A stretch of DNA of 64,000 nt from the human T2T-CHM13v2.0 reference genome, Homo sapiens (GCF_009914755.1 NC_060925.1); one strand, 5' to 3'. Numbered from the stretch's first letter, positions 14,898-28,892 are shown. The notes: generated by a model not told the origin, from the letters alone. A program made the numbers and translations.

Positions 14898-14958
14898 TTC
14901 ATATATATATATATATTCTTCATATATATATGAAGAATATATATATATATTCTTCATA
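14863..14958. repeat. (TA)n tract with interspersed TTCTTC/GAAGAA units
   Basis: directly visible. Confidence 0.95.
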
Positions 14959-17696
14959 TTCTAAAAAAACTCAAGAGAAATACTTTACTTACATTTACCT
15001 ATTTGTTATAAAGGGTATTGCAAAGGACACAGATAAGCATCCAGATGAAGTAATACAGGGCAAGGTACCCAGGAAGGGGCACGGAGCTTCCATGCCCCCT
15101 CCTGATGGGCCACCCTTCAAGAACCTCCATGTGTTCAGCAATCCAGAAGCTCTCGAATCCTGTCCTTTTGGGTTTTTATGGCAGCTTCATTACATAGGCA
15201 TGACTGATTACATCATTGGCCATTGGTGATCAACTCAACCTTCAGTCCCTCTCTCCTCCTTCAGGGCAGAGGTCGAGGGTGGGGGTTGAGGACAGAAGAC
15301 TATAAATTCCAACCCTCTAATCACATAGTTGGTTCCTCTGGCAACCAGCTTCCATCCTGAGGCTATCCAGGCCCCACCACTACCCTAAAACACACACATA
15401 TACCAGTTCATCGTGACAGCATGCAAATACACATCACTTTGGAGATTCCAAGGATTTTAGGAGCTATGTGCCAGGAACCAGAAGCAGAAACCAAATGTAT
15501 ATATTTGGTTATTATACCATAATATTACATCATTATAATTATATCATAATATTACACCATGTAACCTTCTTTTCAAGCATGAAGCCTAGCCCTGTGTTAG
15601 TAAGTGTCTCAGGCCAAGCCACTCAAGAACATTGCCTGTGGTCTATAGGATGCTGGATGGCCTTCTTCAAAGCCCAGAGCTTTCAGTATTTGGATAAATG
15701 TGGATCCTTCATGGACTTTGTGTGGGCTGCCTGACCACTCAGGCCTTTGTGAGTTGTGCTAAGAAGGGGGCTAGGGTTCTCTCTGCTCTTCAGGTAGCCA
15801 CGCTAATATACTGTGGAGTTGGAATCAGCATTCGGGTTTCCTGACTGATCTCCGCATCTGGCTTCTCACAACCACCAATCACACAACATTCCCAGAGCTC
15901 TCATGGCAGATGTGCTGGCCCCATTCAGGACTCTCAATGACACCGTCCTCTCTGGAAATATTTTATACCAAATACAGCTATTACAATTGTGACTGTAAAA
16001 GAAAATAAATAAGGGAAAAACCTCTAGTTCCTGGACAAGTTTCCTTTTGCATGCTGTATGGAGCAGACCCAACTCCCCCAGCCCAAGCAACATTGATAAG
16101 AGTTGGGCTGTTCATACCTGTTACAGGAGTTTCCGCCTGAAGCAAATTATTGTTATTACCAGGTTATAAACCCTTAGAAGAATCCCTTAATGGAAAAGCT
16201 AACAGCCCATTAACTATAATGAGTGTCATATATAGGATGCGTTCCAGCAGAGGGAAGGCAACTGTGTTATCTCGGTCTTTGAGCAACCCCCGGGCTCATG
16301 ACAAGGATGGTCGACACCAGACAGTGAGACCCTCCCGACAGGACAAACCACTCTGCCGTTATATGTGACTCTCTGGTCCCTGCATCAGTCCTGGAGAAAC
16401 CCAGTTTATTTACAAGACCTGCCTTCCACCTTGAGAGAATGCAACACATCTGGGGGACAGTTTACAAAGAGGGGAAGTCAGCTACCGCCATCAGCAGACG
16501 TGAGACCGTTAGCCTCACACACCAGGCTGCAAGGCAGGGCCTGTTATCACAAACAAGCTGTTTGCTCACTGTTTGAATCTATTTCTGGAGACTGTTTACC
16601 TAAATGAAATTACTTATCCACTGGGGCAGGGTTCAAAGCTCAAAAGATAAGTGCAATCGGCTGTTAAAAAGATCCAAGCTTGGGAAAATGAGGGGGAAAG
16701 AACAAAGTCAGATTAATCCCAGGGGAAGAAAGTCTCAATGCCATAGAAATTACATGGCATTCCTTTAGACCATCAATTAATTTTAATTCCAAAAGTTCAA
16801 AGGCACTATTTAAAGGAACTAATTAATAGCTAATATTCTCCCCAGGGTGATCTAGTCTGGTTTACAAGAGCAACGGCATTGATGGGCTGAACGTTCGTTC
16901 CTTCTCTTGCTGATCATTACAGGTAACGCTAGCCTGAGTCCATGGAGGACAGATCTGGGAATTCCCATGCATGGAATAATAATGACACTTACTAGTCCTT
17001 ACTCAGACTCTTGCTAAATTTTAGTTACTCTACCTCTGGGGACGTGGCTCACCGCAGTCATCCTTGAATTACGCTCTGTGGAAAAGTGGACCCTAAAGTC
17101 GAGGGTACATCTTGCTCTATGTAAGTTCTAGTATTGTTGTTCTTTACATAAGCTACTCTAGGGGAAAGTTCTTATTTGACTTTTTTTAACCTTAGGTGCA
17201 GAGTGTTGAGTTCATCATACTCCCACCTCCATTCAATGTCACTGGGCTGTACACGTGCCTTCTCTTTAATATTTTTTAAATTTCCTTTTGATCTTCCTAC
17301 TCACTCCCATCCTCTCTCCTCCCACACATAGGCTGCTATCCTAAGGTGTTTAATGTTTATTTTGTTTGTCTGGATATCTCTGTCTTGTGTTCATGTATTT
17401 TTCCTTTTGCTCATAATCCTCTTACCCAAGTATTACTTTTATTCCTGTTACAATCTGGTCCTTGTCCATCTGCGTTTTCATTGTTTACGCATTGTAAGTA
17501 ATATCCATGATAGAATATTTGTGTCCTGATTTTTAACATTTCTATAATGAGCTTTTCTTTTCTTTAGTCTTTGATAGACTTTTTTTCTTATCTCCCTGCA
17601 CCCCCAGCAGGTGACCACTGCTAACAGCATGGGCAGGGTCTATCTCTCCACACGTCTTCAGGATCACTCAATCCTTTAAACTGGTAGTTACAGAAA

Positions 17697-17749
<53 letters not shown>

Positions 17750-17785
17750 GAGAAAGTGAGAGAGAGAGAGAGAGAGAGGAGAGAG
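17697..17785 (+). repeat. compound (TG)n(AG)n microsatellite
   Basis: directly visible. Confidence 0.95.
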
Positions 17786-17789
17786 ATTT

Positions 17790-18090
17790 GGTTTAATGAA
17801 CTGGATTCGTAATCCATAGCTCTGTGGCTTGCTATTCTCATCTAAGAATATGTCATGATCATCCTTCCAGGGCAGTAGATCCGGATCTCTGGCATTCTTT
17901 TTTAATAGCTGTCTAGTAATTCATGGGATAGATGGATGTTCAGCAGTTCACCCAACCATCCCTCTACTGACGGGCATTTAGGTTGCACACGGTTTTTTAT
18001 CACTACAAATAAAGCTGCATATTTATGCACGTGAATCCATAAATACTGGGGCTTTTACATCTATAGGGTAGATTTCCAGGAGGGTGCATA
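17790..18090 (-). mobile_element. old L1M(E) fragment
   Basis: GGGCATTTAGGTTG, CTACAAATAAAGCTGCA, ATAGGGTAGATTTCCAGGAG resemble the L1 ORF2 3' end antisense. Confidence 0.55.
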
Positions 18091-18355
18091 AATTTTTTAC
18101 CTATATAAATGGTATTAAGTTAAATGCCACTTTGTATTTTTTATTTCTTCACTATGTACTATGCTTTTAATATCTATCCATGTTATAATTTGCAGACCTA
18201 ATATGTTGGTTCTAACCACTGCACAATATTCCATAGTGAGCCCCCAGTTCACTTAACCTATCAGTCTCCAGATGCCTGTATATAATAGCAGCACAGTGGG
18301 TAAGGTGCTTTTTAAATACTACTGAAAGGTTAACGTGCTTAAAAATAAAGCACCA

Positions 18356-18490
18356 AGCCAGGTGGGGTGGCTCACACCTGTAGTCCCACCTACTACAGGG
18401 GTTGAGGCAGGAGGGTCACTTCAGCCCAGGAGTTTGAGGCCAGCCCGAACAACACAGAAGACCCCTATCTCTATAAATAAATAAATAAAT
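18356..18490 (+). mobile_element. FLAM monomer
   Basis: single Alu monomer with (TAAA) tail; TSD approx ATAAAGCA(C/T)CA. Confidence 0.85.
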
Positions 18491-19716
18491 ATAAAGCATC
18501 AAATAGAAAACACGTAATTCCTGCTTTTTCAAACTCTCAATAGACTCGATTTTGGAAAACTGTTATGAGCAAACAGGGCACAAGAAAAAGGAGATCACAG
18601 GAATGAGGGGACTTGCATTTGTTGAAAATCTGTGTCAAGCACCTTACAAAAATCTTATATGATTCTCAATGTAAACTTTGGAGGCAATAGTTTACTCACT
18701 GACCAGATAAGGAAACGAAGGGCCAGGTAGATTAAATGCATTCCTCGTACTCATGGTGGGACTGGGATTCAAAGCCAAGTCTTCTTGGCCCTTCCCACTA
18801 CTCCTTGTGAACTGCAACCCAAACTAACGTCTCACTTTTTAGAAAAGGTCTCCTAAGGGGCATGGGGGATGGGTAGGGAAAGTACATGAGTATCACAAGA
18901 TTGTCGATCTAAAATTTCATCCAAGGATTCTGAAAACACTGAAAATTGATATTCTTCTCAATGAAAATTAATGGACTTAATCTTCCAAAAAGCTTGGAAA
19001 GTCTAACCAATTTCTAGAGCTTTTGTGGGAAGACGCTGGTGTTACCAAGAACAGCATGATTATAGGTTAAATTCAGAGTTTTCCTGATTCGGGGAAGAGG
19101 CCAGGCCTCGCTCGCAAAGGAAAGGCCTCAGGAAGCCACGTGAAATGCGGTCAGATCATTAATGATGTTGCTGCGCATGGAAGGAGGGTGAAATGAATGC
19201 TCTGGAACAACAACAGATTTCTGCCCAGCGTCCTGGGACTGTCACAGGGTTCTTGTTTGGCACTGGACTTTCTCTTTCTAAATACAAGGGACCTGCCGTG
19301 GTAACCTGCTGTGGTCAGTTGTGTGGAAGGATCTAGAAACCATCATAATCCAGCCAGCAGCAGTTACTGGGCATGTATGCCAGGCCATGGGTAAAGCACA
19401 AAAGAGGAAGATGAAATGATAAATCAAGGATATTAACTGTTTGCATAATTTTTTGCCCCGGAATCCAGAAGCAAAACCGAGGCTTGATGCATTTAGAAAT
19501 TTTAAAGTGAACTGAGACCCAGCACCTAACCAGCTCGGGTTGCTGGGTCGTCACTCGTGACACTCAGTTTCAAAGGCACAATAAGAGGCAAGGTTAGCTG
19601 CCCGGTCCTCTTCCACACCACTAAGCAGCCACCAAACCAGCTTGGGTTCTCGAGGAAAACAGTAGAGATAGAGAGAGGGAGGGGTGCAAGAAATTCAAAT
19701 CATTTCACCAACGGAG

Positions 19717-20380
19717 TGTATTAGTCCGTTCTCACACTGCTAATAAAGACCTACCCAAGGCTGGGTAATTTATAAAGGAAAGAGGTTTAATTGACTCACA
19801 GTTCTGCATGGCTGGGAGGCCTCAGGAAACTTACAATCACGGCAGAAGGAGCCTCTTCACAGGGTGGCAGGAAAAGGAATGAGTGCTCAGTGAAGGGGGA
19901 AGCCCTTTATAAAACCATCACATCTCCTGAGAACTATCACGAGAACAGGGTGGGGGAAACCTACCCCATGATTCAATTATCTCCACCTGGTCCCTCCCAC
20001 GACACGTGGGGATTATGGGAGCCACAATTCCAGATGAGATTTGGGGCTGGGCGAGGTAGCTCATGCCTGTAATCCCAGCACTTTGGGAGGCCAAGGTGGA
20101 CAGATCACTTGAGGTCAGGAGCTCAAGACCAGCCTAGCCAACATGGCGAAACCCTGTCTCTACTAATAATACAAAAAAATTAGCCAGGCATGGTGTTGCA
20201 CACCTGTAATCCCAGCTACTCAGGAAGCTGAGGCAGGAGAATTGCTTGAACCTGAGAGACGGAGTTTGCAGTGAGCCGAAATTGAGCCACTGCACTCCAG
20301 CCTGGGCAACGGAGTAAGGCTCCGTTTCAAAAATAAATAAATAAATAAAGATGAAATTTGGGTGGGGACACAGCCCCTAT
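19717..20380 (-). mobile_element. THE1 (C/D-like) LTR interrupted by Alu
   Basis: TGTATTAGTCCGTTCTCACACTGCT..AAAGAGGTTTAATTGACTCACAGTTC..GATTTGGGTGGGGACACAG. Confidence 0.9.
20045..20348 (+). mobile_element. AluSx/Sz inserted in THE1
   Basis: full Alu; TSD AGATGA(G/A)ATTTGG at 20032-20044 and 20349-20361. Confidence 0.93.
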
Positions 20381-20544
20381 AGGAAAAGGCAAGTACAACA
20401 CACCATACAACAGGGACAGAGGTATACAAGCTGTACAATAAAAATAAATACAGAATTGATTCTGCCTGGGGGAGATAAGGAAGACCTCACAGATGAGGAA
20501 GACCTCCCATTTGATCTGGGCCTTGAAGGATGAACTAACAGACA

Positions 20545-20760
20545 TCTTAATAGCCAACGCTTATGGCAAGCTTGGTTGGTGACCAGTATTCTCTAAGAGC
20601 TTTGTGTGTATGAGTTAATTTACTCTTCACAATAATGTTACGAGGCAGGTACTACAAATGAGAGAAATGAGGTTCAGAGAGGTAATTAACTTTCTCAAGG
20701 TCATACAGCTAAGTAAGTAGTAGAATAGGAAATTGAACTTAGGTCTTTTTTACTCCCCAA
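20545..20760 (-). mobile_element. MIR
   Basis: GAGGTTCAGAGAGGTAATTAACTTTCTCAAGGTCATACAGCT. Confidence 0.75.
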
Positions 20761-21076
20761 ATCCCAGGTTCCCTGTACTCCCTATGTTCAGTACTCCCTC
20801 CAACTTTCCTTCCAAAAACGGAGTAAGGAAAGAGGACTTACAGAGAAGACGGCTTTTTAAAAAGCCTTAGCAGCAAGAAGGTGCCCGGACTTTCAATGAA
20901 GGCCACTAGGGGGTGGTAGAGAAGGGAAAAGAAGGGAGGAAATGGGGATGGAATATGGGAGAGGAGGGTGGAGTGAGCCTGGAAAGAGCGTGGAGCCAGG
21001 AGTGGAGGGAAGGGGACATGGAGCTCACAAGCATGATCTTCTCTTTCTAAGAGCATCATAAGGTTTTTGTCTTGAT

Positions 21077-21545
21077 TTCAACTGAGGTGAAATTCACATA
21101 CCATAAAGTTAACTATTTTAAAGTGAACAATTCAGTGGCATTTAATACATTCACAGTGTTGTGCAACCACTACCTCTAGTTACAAAACATTTTCATCATC
21201 CCAGAATAAAACCCTGTACTGTACCCATTAACCAGTTGCTCTCCTTTGCTCCCTCCCCAGCCCTTGGCATCCACCAATCTGACTTTTGTCTGTATGGATT
21301 TACCTAGTCTGGACATTTCATATAATGGAATTATACAGTCTGGACTTTCGTGCGGGGCTTCTTTCACTTAGCATAATGCTTTCAAGGTTCATGTTGTAGC
21401 ATGTATCAGTATTCCATTCCTTTTTATGGCTGAATAATATTCCATTTTATAGATATGCCACAAGTTGTTTATCCATTCACCTGTTGTGGACATTTGAGTA
21501 TTTCTACCTTTTAGCTATTAGAAATAGTGCTACTGTGAACATTTG
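21077..21545 (-). mobile_element. L1MB-type 3' end
   Basis: AATTCACATACCATAAA..TTCAGTGGCATTTAATACATTCACAGTGTTGTGCAACCA..TTTTTATGGCTGAATAATATTCCATT. Confidence 0.85.
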
Positions 21546-22147
21546 TTTATATCATATGAGTTTTTAAGCTGATCTAGGCTTAAGAAAGACAGGAAAGAAT
21601 TAAGAGCAAATGAGACCAAATTGGTGAACAATATGAACAATATCTAGAACCAGCAATGAGAGTCTGAGAAAAGTGGAACAATTTGAGACAGCATTTAGAG
21701 GCAGAATTGGCAGGATGAGCCATGCATTAAATGTGATGTGGCAAACAGATGGCAGGTGGGGAAGAAAGAAGCATCCAAGAAGACTCTATAGTGTCAACCC
21801 TTGCCAGTGTGGTGATGATGCAGTCATGGAGTGAGGAAAAACAAGACTGGAGTTTAGATAGTGAATTTAGAATTGAGTTTGGAGTACCACTGGCTGCTTC
21901 AACAGATATCCAACATGCAGTCAGCACTCCCACTCAGGAGAGCATGCTTCGTTGGACCAGCCAGGAAGGAAAGGGTGTGCAGAGCTAAGAGATGAGGCTG
22001 AAATGCTGGGAAATCCAATGTAAGAGGACAGCATGGTTCTGAGCCATTGTGTTTGCTATTTGCTCTTTCTGGAATGCCATTCCTGCTCTCTGAGTCTGGA
22101 TCTCTCAAGATCCAGTTCATTGACACCTCTTTCTAGCAAAAGCCTGA

Positions 22148-22503
22148 TGTATTAGTTCATTTTCACACTGCTGATAAAGACATACCTGAAACTGAGAATA
22201 AAAAGAGGTTTAATTGGATTTACAGTTCCACATGGCTGAGGAGGCCTCAGAATCATGGCAAGAGTCAAAACGCACTTCTTACATGGCAGCGGCAAGAGAA
22301 AAATGAGGAAGAAGCAAAAGCAGAAGCCCCTGATAAATCCATCAGATCTCGTGAGACTTATTCACCAACACAAGAAGAACACAGGAAAGACCGTCCTCCA
22401 TGATTCAATTACCTCCCCCCTGGTTCCCTCCCACAACACGTGGGAATTCTGGGAGATACAATTCAGGTTGAGATTTGGATGCGGACACAGCCAAATCGTA
22501 TCA
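22148..22503 (-). mobile_element. THE1A-like solo LTR
   Basis: complete LTR TGTATTAG...TATCA; approximate 5-bp TSD CCTGA/CCTGC. Confidence 0.9.
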
Positions 22504-23239
22504 CCTGCTAACCTCCAAGCTGAGTAAGGTTTCCCACAGCACCGCAAATCATGTCAGTGATCACACTGTGTTGCAATTCTTTAATCATCTGTCATCTTAT
22601 TGGAGTTTGAGGCAAGGATGTTACCCATTATCTCTGTGCAGCATATGCAAGGCACATTATAAACATTTGCCAAACCAGTGAATTAGAAAATCAAAGATCT
22701 GTGAAGAAGACAGAGAAGGAGCTATGAGTGGAAGGATAAAGCTAGAAAAGAGTAGATGTATGGAATCCAAGAGGAGAAAATTCCAAAAAGAGGGAATGAA
22801 CCATATAAAATGCTGCAACAAAGTGAAATAGAGCAAGAAGAGGCCATTGGAGCTAGGAATATGGAGTCTACAGACCTTCACAAGGATTATTTACATGGAG
22901 TCCTGCGGATGGGAGATTATAGTGGGACAAGAAAGGGCACTAGGGACAGGAGATCCTAATGAGCTAAGAAAGAAGTGGGAGATGATGAGGTGGCAGAAAA
23001 CACTCTCTGTAACAGGGTGGAGGAAAAGAAGTAAAGAATAGCTGGAGGGAAGTCAATTAAGAGAAAGACATTTTTTCCTTGAGGACAAGAAAATATTTAT
23101 CTATTTGTCAGGGTGGAAGAGCCAATGAAGAAGAGATAAAAAGGAAAGCAAGCAGAATGAGAAGACACAGATGGACCAAAAAATGAATGAGAATAAATAT
23201 AATTGCAGTGGGGGGTGTGTGAAGACTTTAGAAAAGGCC

Positions 23240-23637
23240 TGTGGTAGACTCTATTGTCTATCATTCAGTAAAAAACCCACACCACAGGTGGAGTGTATTT
23301 TCCTGCCCCATTAACTCTGGCTCATGATTTGCTTTGACTGGCAGGATGCAGGAGAAAGTGCCAATGTGCCAGCTCCAAACAGAGGCCTTGAGAGGCCTGG
23401 TGTGGCCTTGCGTCCCCTACTATACCTCTGCCCTGAGAATAATAGGCCAGGTAGCTGTTGACAGTCTGACGGGACCCCTAAGGAGAGCTGTGGTTCAGAC
23501 CTGAACCACACCTGCAGCCTGGAGCCCAGCCCAGCCCAGCCCTGCCAAGCCCAGGACCTTGACAGCAAAACGAAGCCTCTTCATTGCAAACACTAAGGTT
23601 TTGGGTTGTTTGTTACAGCAGCAAATGCTGACTCACA
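23240..23637 (+). mobile_element. MLT1I-like MaLR LTR
   Basis: TGTGGTAGA..GACCTGAACCACACCTGCAGCCTGGAGC..GGTTTTGGGTTGTTTGTTACAGCAGCA. Confidence 0.75.
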
Positions 23638-24019
23638 TGAGGCAGAGAGGAGTAATGTGTCTCAGAAGGGTCCAGGGCCACTGCTTTCTCAGCAGCAGGA
23701 GGGAGGAAACAGAGATCTATGAATGGATGAAAATAGATCTGCTTGCAAGAGGAAGGAAGAGAAGTTGAGGAACTCTCCATACCTGGTGTGCTTTCGCTGT
23801 CTCAGCGCCACTCCCGGCAAGGTCACCTGCAGAGAGGGGGCAGATAGCACTGTGGGCTTGAGGAGAGGAACAAGTAGAGGAGAGCTGCCATGGGGCGTGG
23901 GGGCAGGGCCAACCTGGAGGCCTGAGAAGAACACCAAGGGTCACCAAGTAGCCACTGAGCGCAGGCTCCCAAGTTACACGCAGGAATGGAAGGGGAAGTG
24001 GCTTTAAAAGTAGAGAGAA

Positions 24020-24332
24020 GGCCAGGCACGGTGGCTCATGCTGGTAATCCCAGCAGTTTGGGAGGCGGAGGCAGGTGGATCACTTGAGGCCAGGCGTTCG
24101 AGACCAGCCTGGCCAACATGACAAAACCCCATCTCTGCTAAAAATACAAAAAATTAGCCAGGCGTCGTGGGGCATGCCTGTAATCTCAGCTACTCGGGAG
24201 GTTAAGGCAGAGAATTGCTTGAACCTAGGAGGCGGAGGCTGCAGTGACCAGAGATCACACCCCTGCACTCCAGCCTGGGCGACAGAGTGAGACTCCATCC
24301 CAAAATTAACTATAATAAATAATAAAATAAAA
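24020..24332 (+). mobile_element. AluSx/Sz
   Basis: full Alu; TSD approx AA(A/G)AGT(A/G)GAGAGAA. Confidence 0.92.
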
Positions 24333-24780
24333 TAAGAGTGGAGAGAAGCAAAATGCAGAAAATTCGAAGCAAAACTTTCAGTCTCCTTATTGGCTGTGTC
24401 AGGGACATGTCTCTGAGAGTGAGGCCAGTGTCCCAGGCCTCCTGATATTGGGTGGTATTGATGACAACCGAGAGGTGGAACTTGCAATGAATGGCAGCCT
24501 ACCCTTCCTCCTCGCTTTCTGCAGTCTCTGCTATGGCTACAAGTCACCTTCATGGAACAGCCAGCTGAAGAGAAGAGAGAGCAGAGCACTGGTTCAGGGC
24601 CCCAGGCCTGCAGTTTCTGGGGTTTCTGCAGTTTCTGCAGTTTCCGTGTCCTACAGCTTCCCAGCTCTCTCTCCAATTTTTGCTGTCAAATTTCAAGACT
24701 CACAGCAGCATCTTTTAAGCTGATACCACAGCTCCTACACTACCAAAAGTGCCCAGATGTTCTAGAAACTTCAAAATGAA

Positions 24781-25375
<595 letters not shown>

Positions 25376-25376
25376 A

Positions 25377-25658
25377 GGCTGGGCATGGTGGCTCAGGCCT
25401 GTAATCCCAGCACTTTGGGAGATGGAGGCGTGTGGATCACATGAGGTCAGGAATTCAAGACCAGCCTGGCCAACAGGGTGAAACCCTGTCTCTAATAAAA
25501 ATACAAAAATTAGCCAAGCGTGGTGGTGCACACTTGTAATCCTAGCTACTTAGGAGGCTGAGGCAGGAGAATCTCTTGAACCCAGGAAGCAGAGGTTGCA
25601 ATGAGCTGAGATCACACCATTGCACTCCAGCCTGGGTGACAGAGCAAAACTCTGTTTC

Positions 25659-25663
<5 letters not shown>
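25377..25663 (+). mobile_element. AluSx-like
   Basis: full Alu abutting the preceding Alu tail. Confidence 0.92.
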
Positions 25664-26010
<347 letters not shown>

Positions 26011-26017
26011 TACTTCA

Positions 26018-26337
<320 letters not shown>

Positions 26338-26340
<3 letters not shown>

Positions 26341-26388
26341 AGAAAGAAAGAAAGAGAGAAAGAAAGAAAGAAAGAAAGAAAGAAGAAA

Positions 26389-26445
<57 letters not shown>

Positions 26446-26562
26446 AAAGAAAGAAAGAAAGAAAGGAAGGGAAAGAAAGCAAATGGGCAAGGAAGGAAGG
26501 AGAGAGAGAAGAGAGAGGAAGGAAGAAAGGAAGGAAGGAAAGAAAAAAGGAAGGAAGGAAGG
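26338..26562 (+). repeat. (GAAA)n/(GGAA)n polypurine tract
   Basis: directly visible. Confidence 0.95.
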
Positions 26563-26570
26563 ATGGGCAA

Positions 26571-26742
26571 GCTGGGTGTGGTGGCTCGCATCTGTAAGGG
26601 AGGTCAGGGTAGGGGCACTGCTTGAGGCCAGAAGTTTGAGACCAGCCTGGGCAAGATCCCCTCTCAAGGAAGGGAAGGGAAGGGGAGAGGAGGAGAGGGG
26701 AGGAGAGGGGAGAGAGAGAAAGAATGGAAGAAAGAAAGAAAA
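26571..26742 (+). mobile_element. FLAM-like monomer with G/A-rich tail
   Basis: GCTGGGTGTGGTGGCTC..GAGGCCAGAAGTTTGAGACCAGCCTGGGCAA then GGA-rich tract. Confidence 0.75.
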
Positions 26743-26844
26743 TAAATTGAAGATTTTTATTTTTAATTTTTAATTTTTTTTGGCAGCAGTTAGTGTAGCT
26801 TGATGGCAAAAAGACATAAAGTAGAGATGGTCTCTGCTAGAGGC

Positions 26845-27540
26845 CAGGCAATATGGTAACTGAGAGCACAGACTCTGGGTTTGAATCCAGGATCTACCAA
26901 CCTGTTTAACTTTGGGCAAATTGCATGATCACACTGTGCCTCACTTCTTACATTTGTATAATAGAGATAATAACAGTACCTATCTCATAGAAATTGTGGG
27001 CCGGGCGCAGTGGCTCACGCCTGTAATCCCAGCACTTTGGGAGGCCGAGGCAGGCGGATTACGAGGTCAGGAGATCGAGACCATCCTGGCTAACACGGTG
27101 AAACTCCGTCTCTACTAAAAATACAAAAAATTAGCCGGGCGCGACGGCAGGCACCTGTAGTTCCAGCTACTCGGGTGGCTGAAGCAAGAGAATGGCGTGA
27201 ACCCAGGAGGCGGAGCTTGTGGTGAGCCGAGATCGCACCACTGCACTCCAGTCTGGGCAACAGAGCGAGACTCCATCTCAAAAAAAAAAAAAGAAAAGAA
27301 AAAAGAAATTGTGAAGGTTAATAGATTAAATCATGTAAAAGTTCCTGGAAGTAATCGGCACATTGAGTCTCTGCCTCTTAGCAGCTGTGGCCTTGGGGAC
27401 TTATTTATCTTCTCTGTGCCTCGCTTTTCTCACCTGTATAACGTGGATAACAACAGTGCCCACTTCACAGGGTTGTTATGAGATATAAATGAGGTAAGTT
27501 GCCTGGCTCGTAGTAAGCATCATAAAAGTGATGGCTATTA
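26845..27540 (+). mobile_element. two MIR copies, the first split by AluY
   Basis: GAGCACAGACTCTGGGTTTGAATCC..TGTGCCTCA..; CTTAGCAGCTGTGGCCTTGGG..CACAGGGTTGTTATGAG. Confidence 0.75.
26999..27303 (+). mobile_element. AluY
   Basis: GAGATCGAGACCATCCTGGCTAACACGG, GAATGGCGTGAACCC, CpG-rich; TSD AGAAATTGTG. Confidence 0.95.
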
Positions 27541-28224
27541 TTTCCCTTCTTTTTCTCCATGCACTTATCAAAAAATATCCATTCACTTTTCCCGGCAATT
27601 CTCCGCTATATGAAACCTAACAACTTCTTCAGATAACAAATATTTTTAGTCTCACCATACCATCCTGAGATATAACTCAGACAAAATAACCTACCTATAT
27701 ACATAATGTCAAAAATATATACAATGTACTCATCATATCAAAAGGATTTATAATTAAAATATATATATATTTCAATATCTAAATGCTTGAACACAACTAA
27801 ATTAGAAGACATAATTAAGAAGTCAGATGCTTGCCCCTACTTAAACTAAGTTTGGATTTAACAGAAGATAAGAAGGCAGTCCACACAAGAAGTACAGTAT
27901 GGTTAAGCAGCAGAGGTACAGGTGGATGCTAGAATAACATCTAGTGTTTAAAAAACGGTAACAGACAAGGCTTATGTGTATATTCTAAAAGAAAGAAAGA
28001 AATTACCCTAATTAGAGGAGAAAAAGCATGCCAAGACAAATTACAGACCCTCAAAGTGGAGAAAATGAGTTAGTACTGATATTCTTGCCAACAAATAGGG
28101 CCTAGTTTACAGGGAGGCATCGAATAATTACCCCTGTTATGACTGGAAGCAAGGTGGGGACAAAGTCTCATAGCAAACATGTCTCCTCTCGGGAAATCCC
28201 ACTGCATATTAAAACTTACAGTCT

Positions 28225-28513
<289 letters not shown>

Positions 28514-28744
28514 TTACAGTCAGTGTCTGGAACTTAAGAATCCTCCAGGGAATAGAGAAGGGAATCAAAAGAGAAAATTAGTAAGACAGACTAGAAAAAG
28601 GTTATACAGGAGACTTCCAGAAACAGCGTCAGGGAAAGGCTGAAAAAAGGAGAACCAACTCCTATAATTAGAAATAATTTTACCATGAAATTTTCACCAT
28701 ATAGATTTCTTTCTGACATCTGGCAACCAAAAAACACGTTTTAG

Positions 28745-28892
28745 ACACACATCTGTAGTCCCAGTTACTCAGGAGGCTGAGGTGGGAGGATTGCTTGAGC
28801 CCAGGAGGTCAAGGCTACAGTGAGCCATGATTGTGCCACTGTACTCCAGCCTGGGTGACAGAGACCCTGTCTCTAAAAACAAAACAACAAAA
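28745..28892 (+). mobile_element. AluJ right arm/FRAM
   Basis: GGATTGCTTGAGCCCAGGAGGTCAAGGCTACAGTGAG. Confidence 0.85.

Larger units (their letters stand above)
14347..15529 (-). mobile_element. MER21-family LTR, interrupted at 14707-14967
   Basis: CTCACAGAACTCAGGGAAAC, GGAGCTTCCATGCC, TGGCCATTGGTGATCAACTCAACCTTCAG, GGAGATTCCAAGGATTTTAGGAGC. Confidence 0.8.

Noticed and set aside
24080-24676. 198-aa minus-strand ORF
   Set aside because: The C-terminal part is antisense Alu; no recognisable domain or exon structure.
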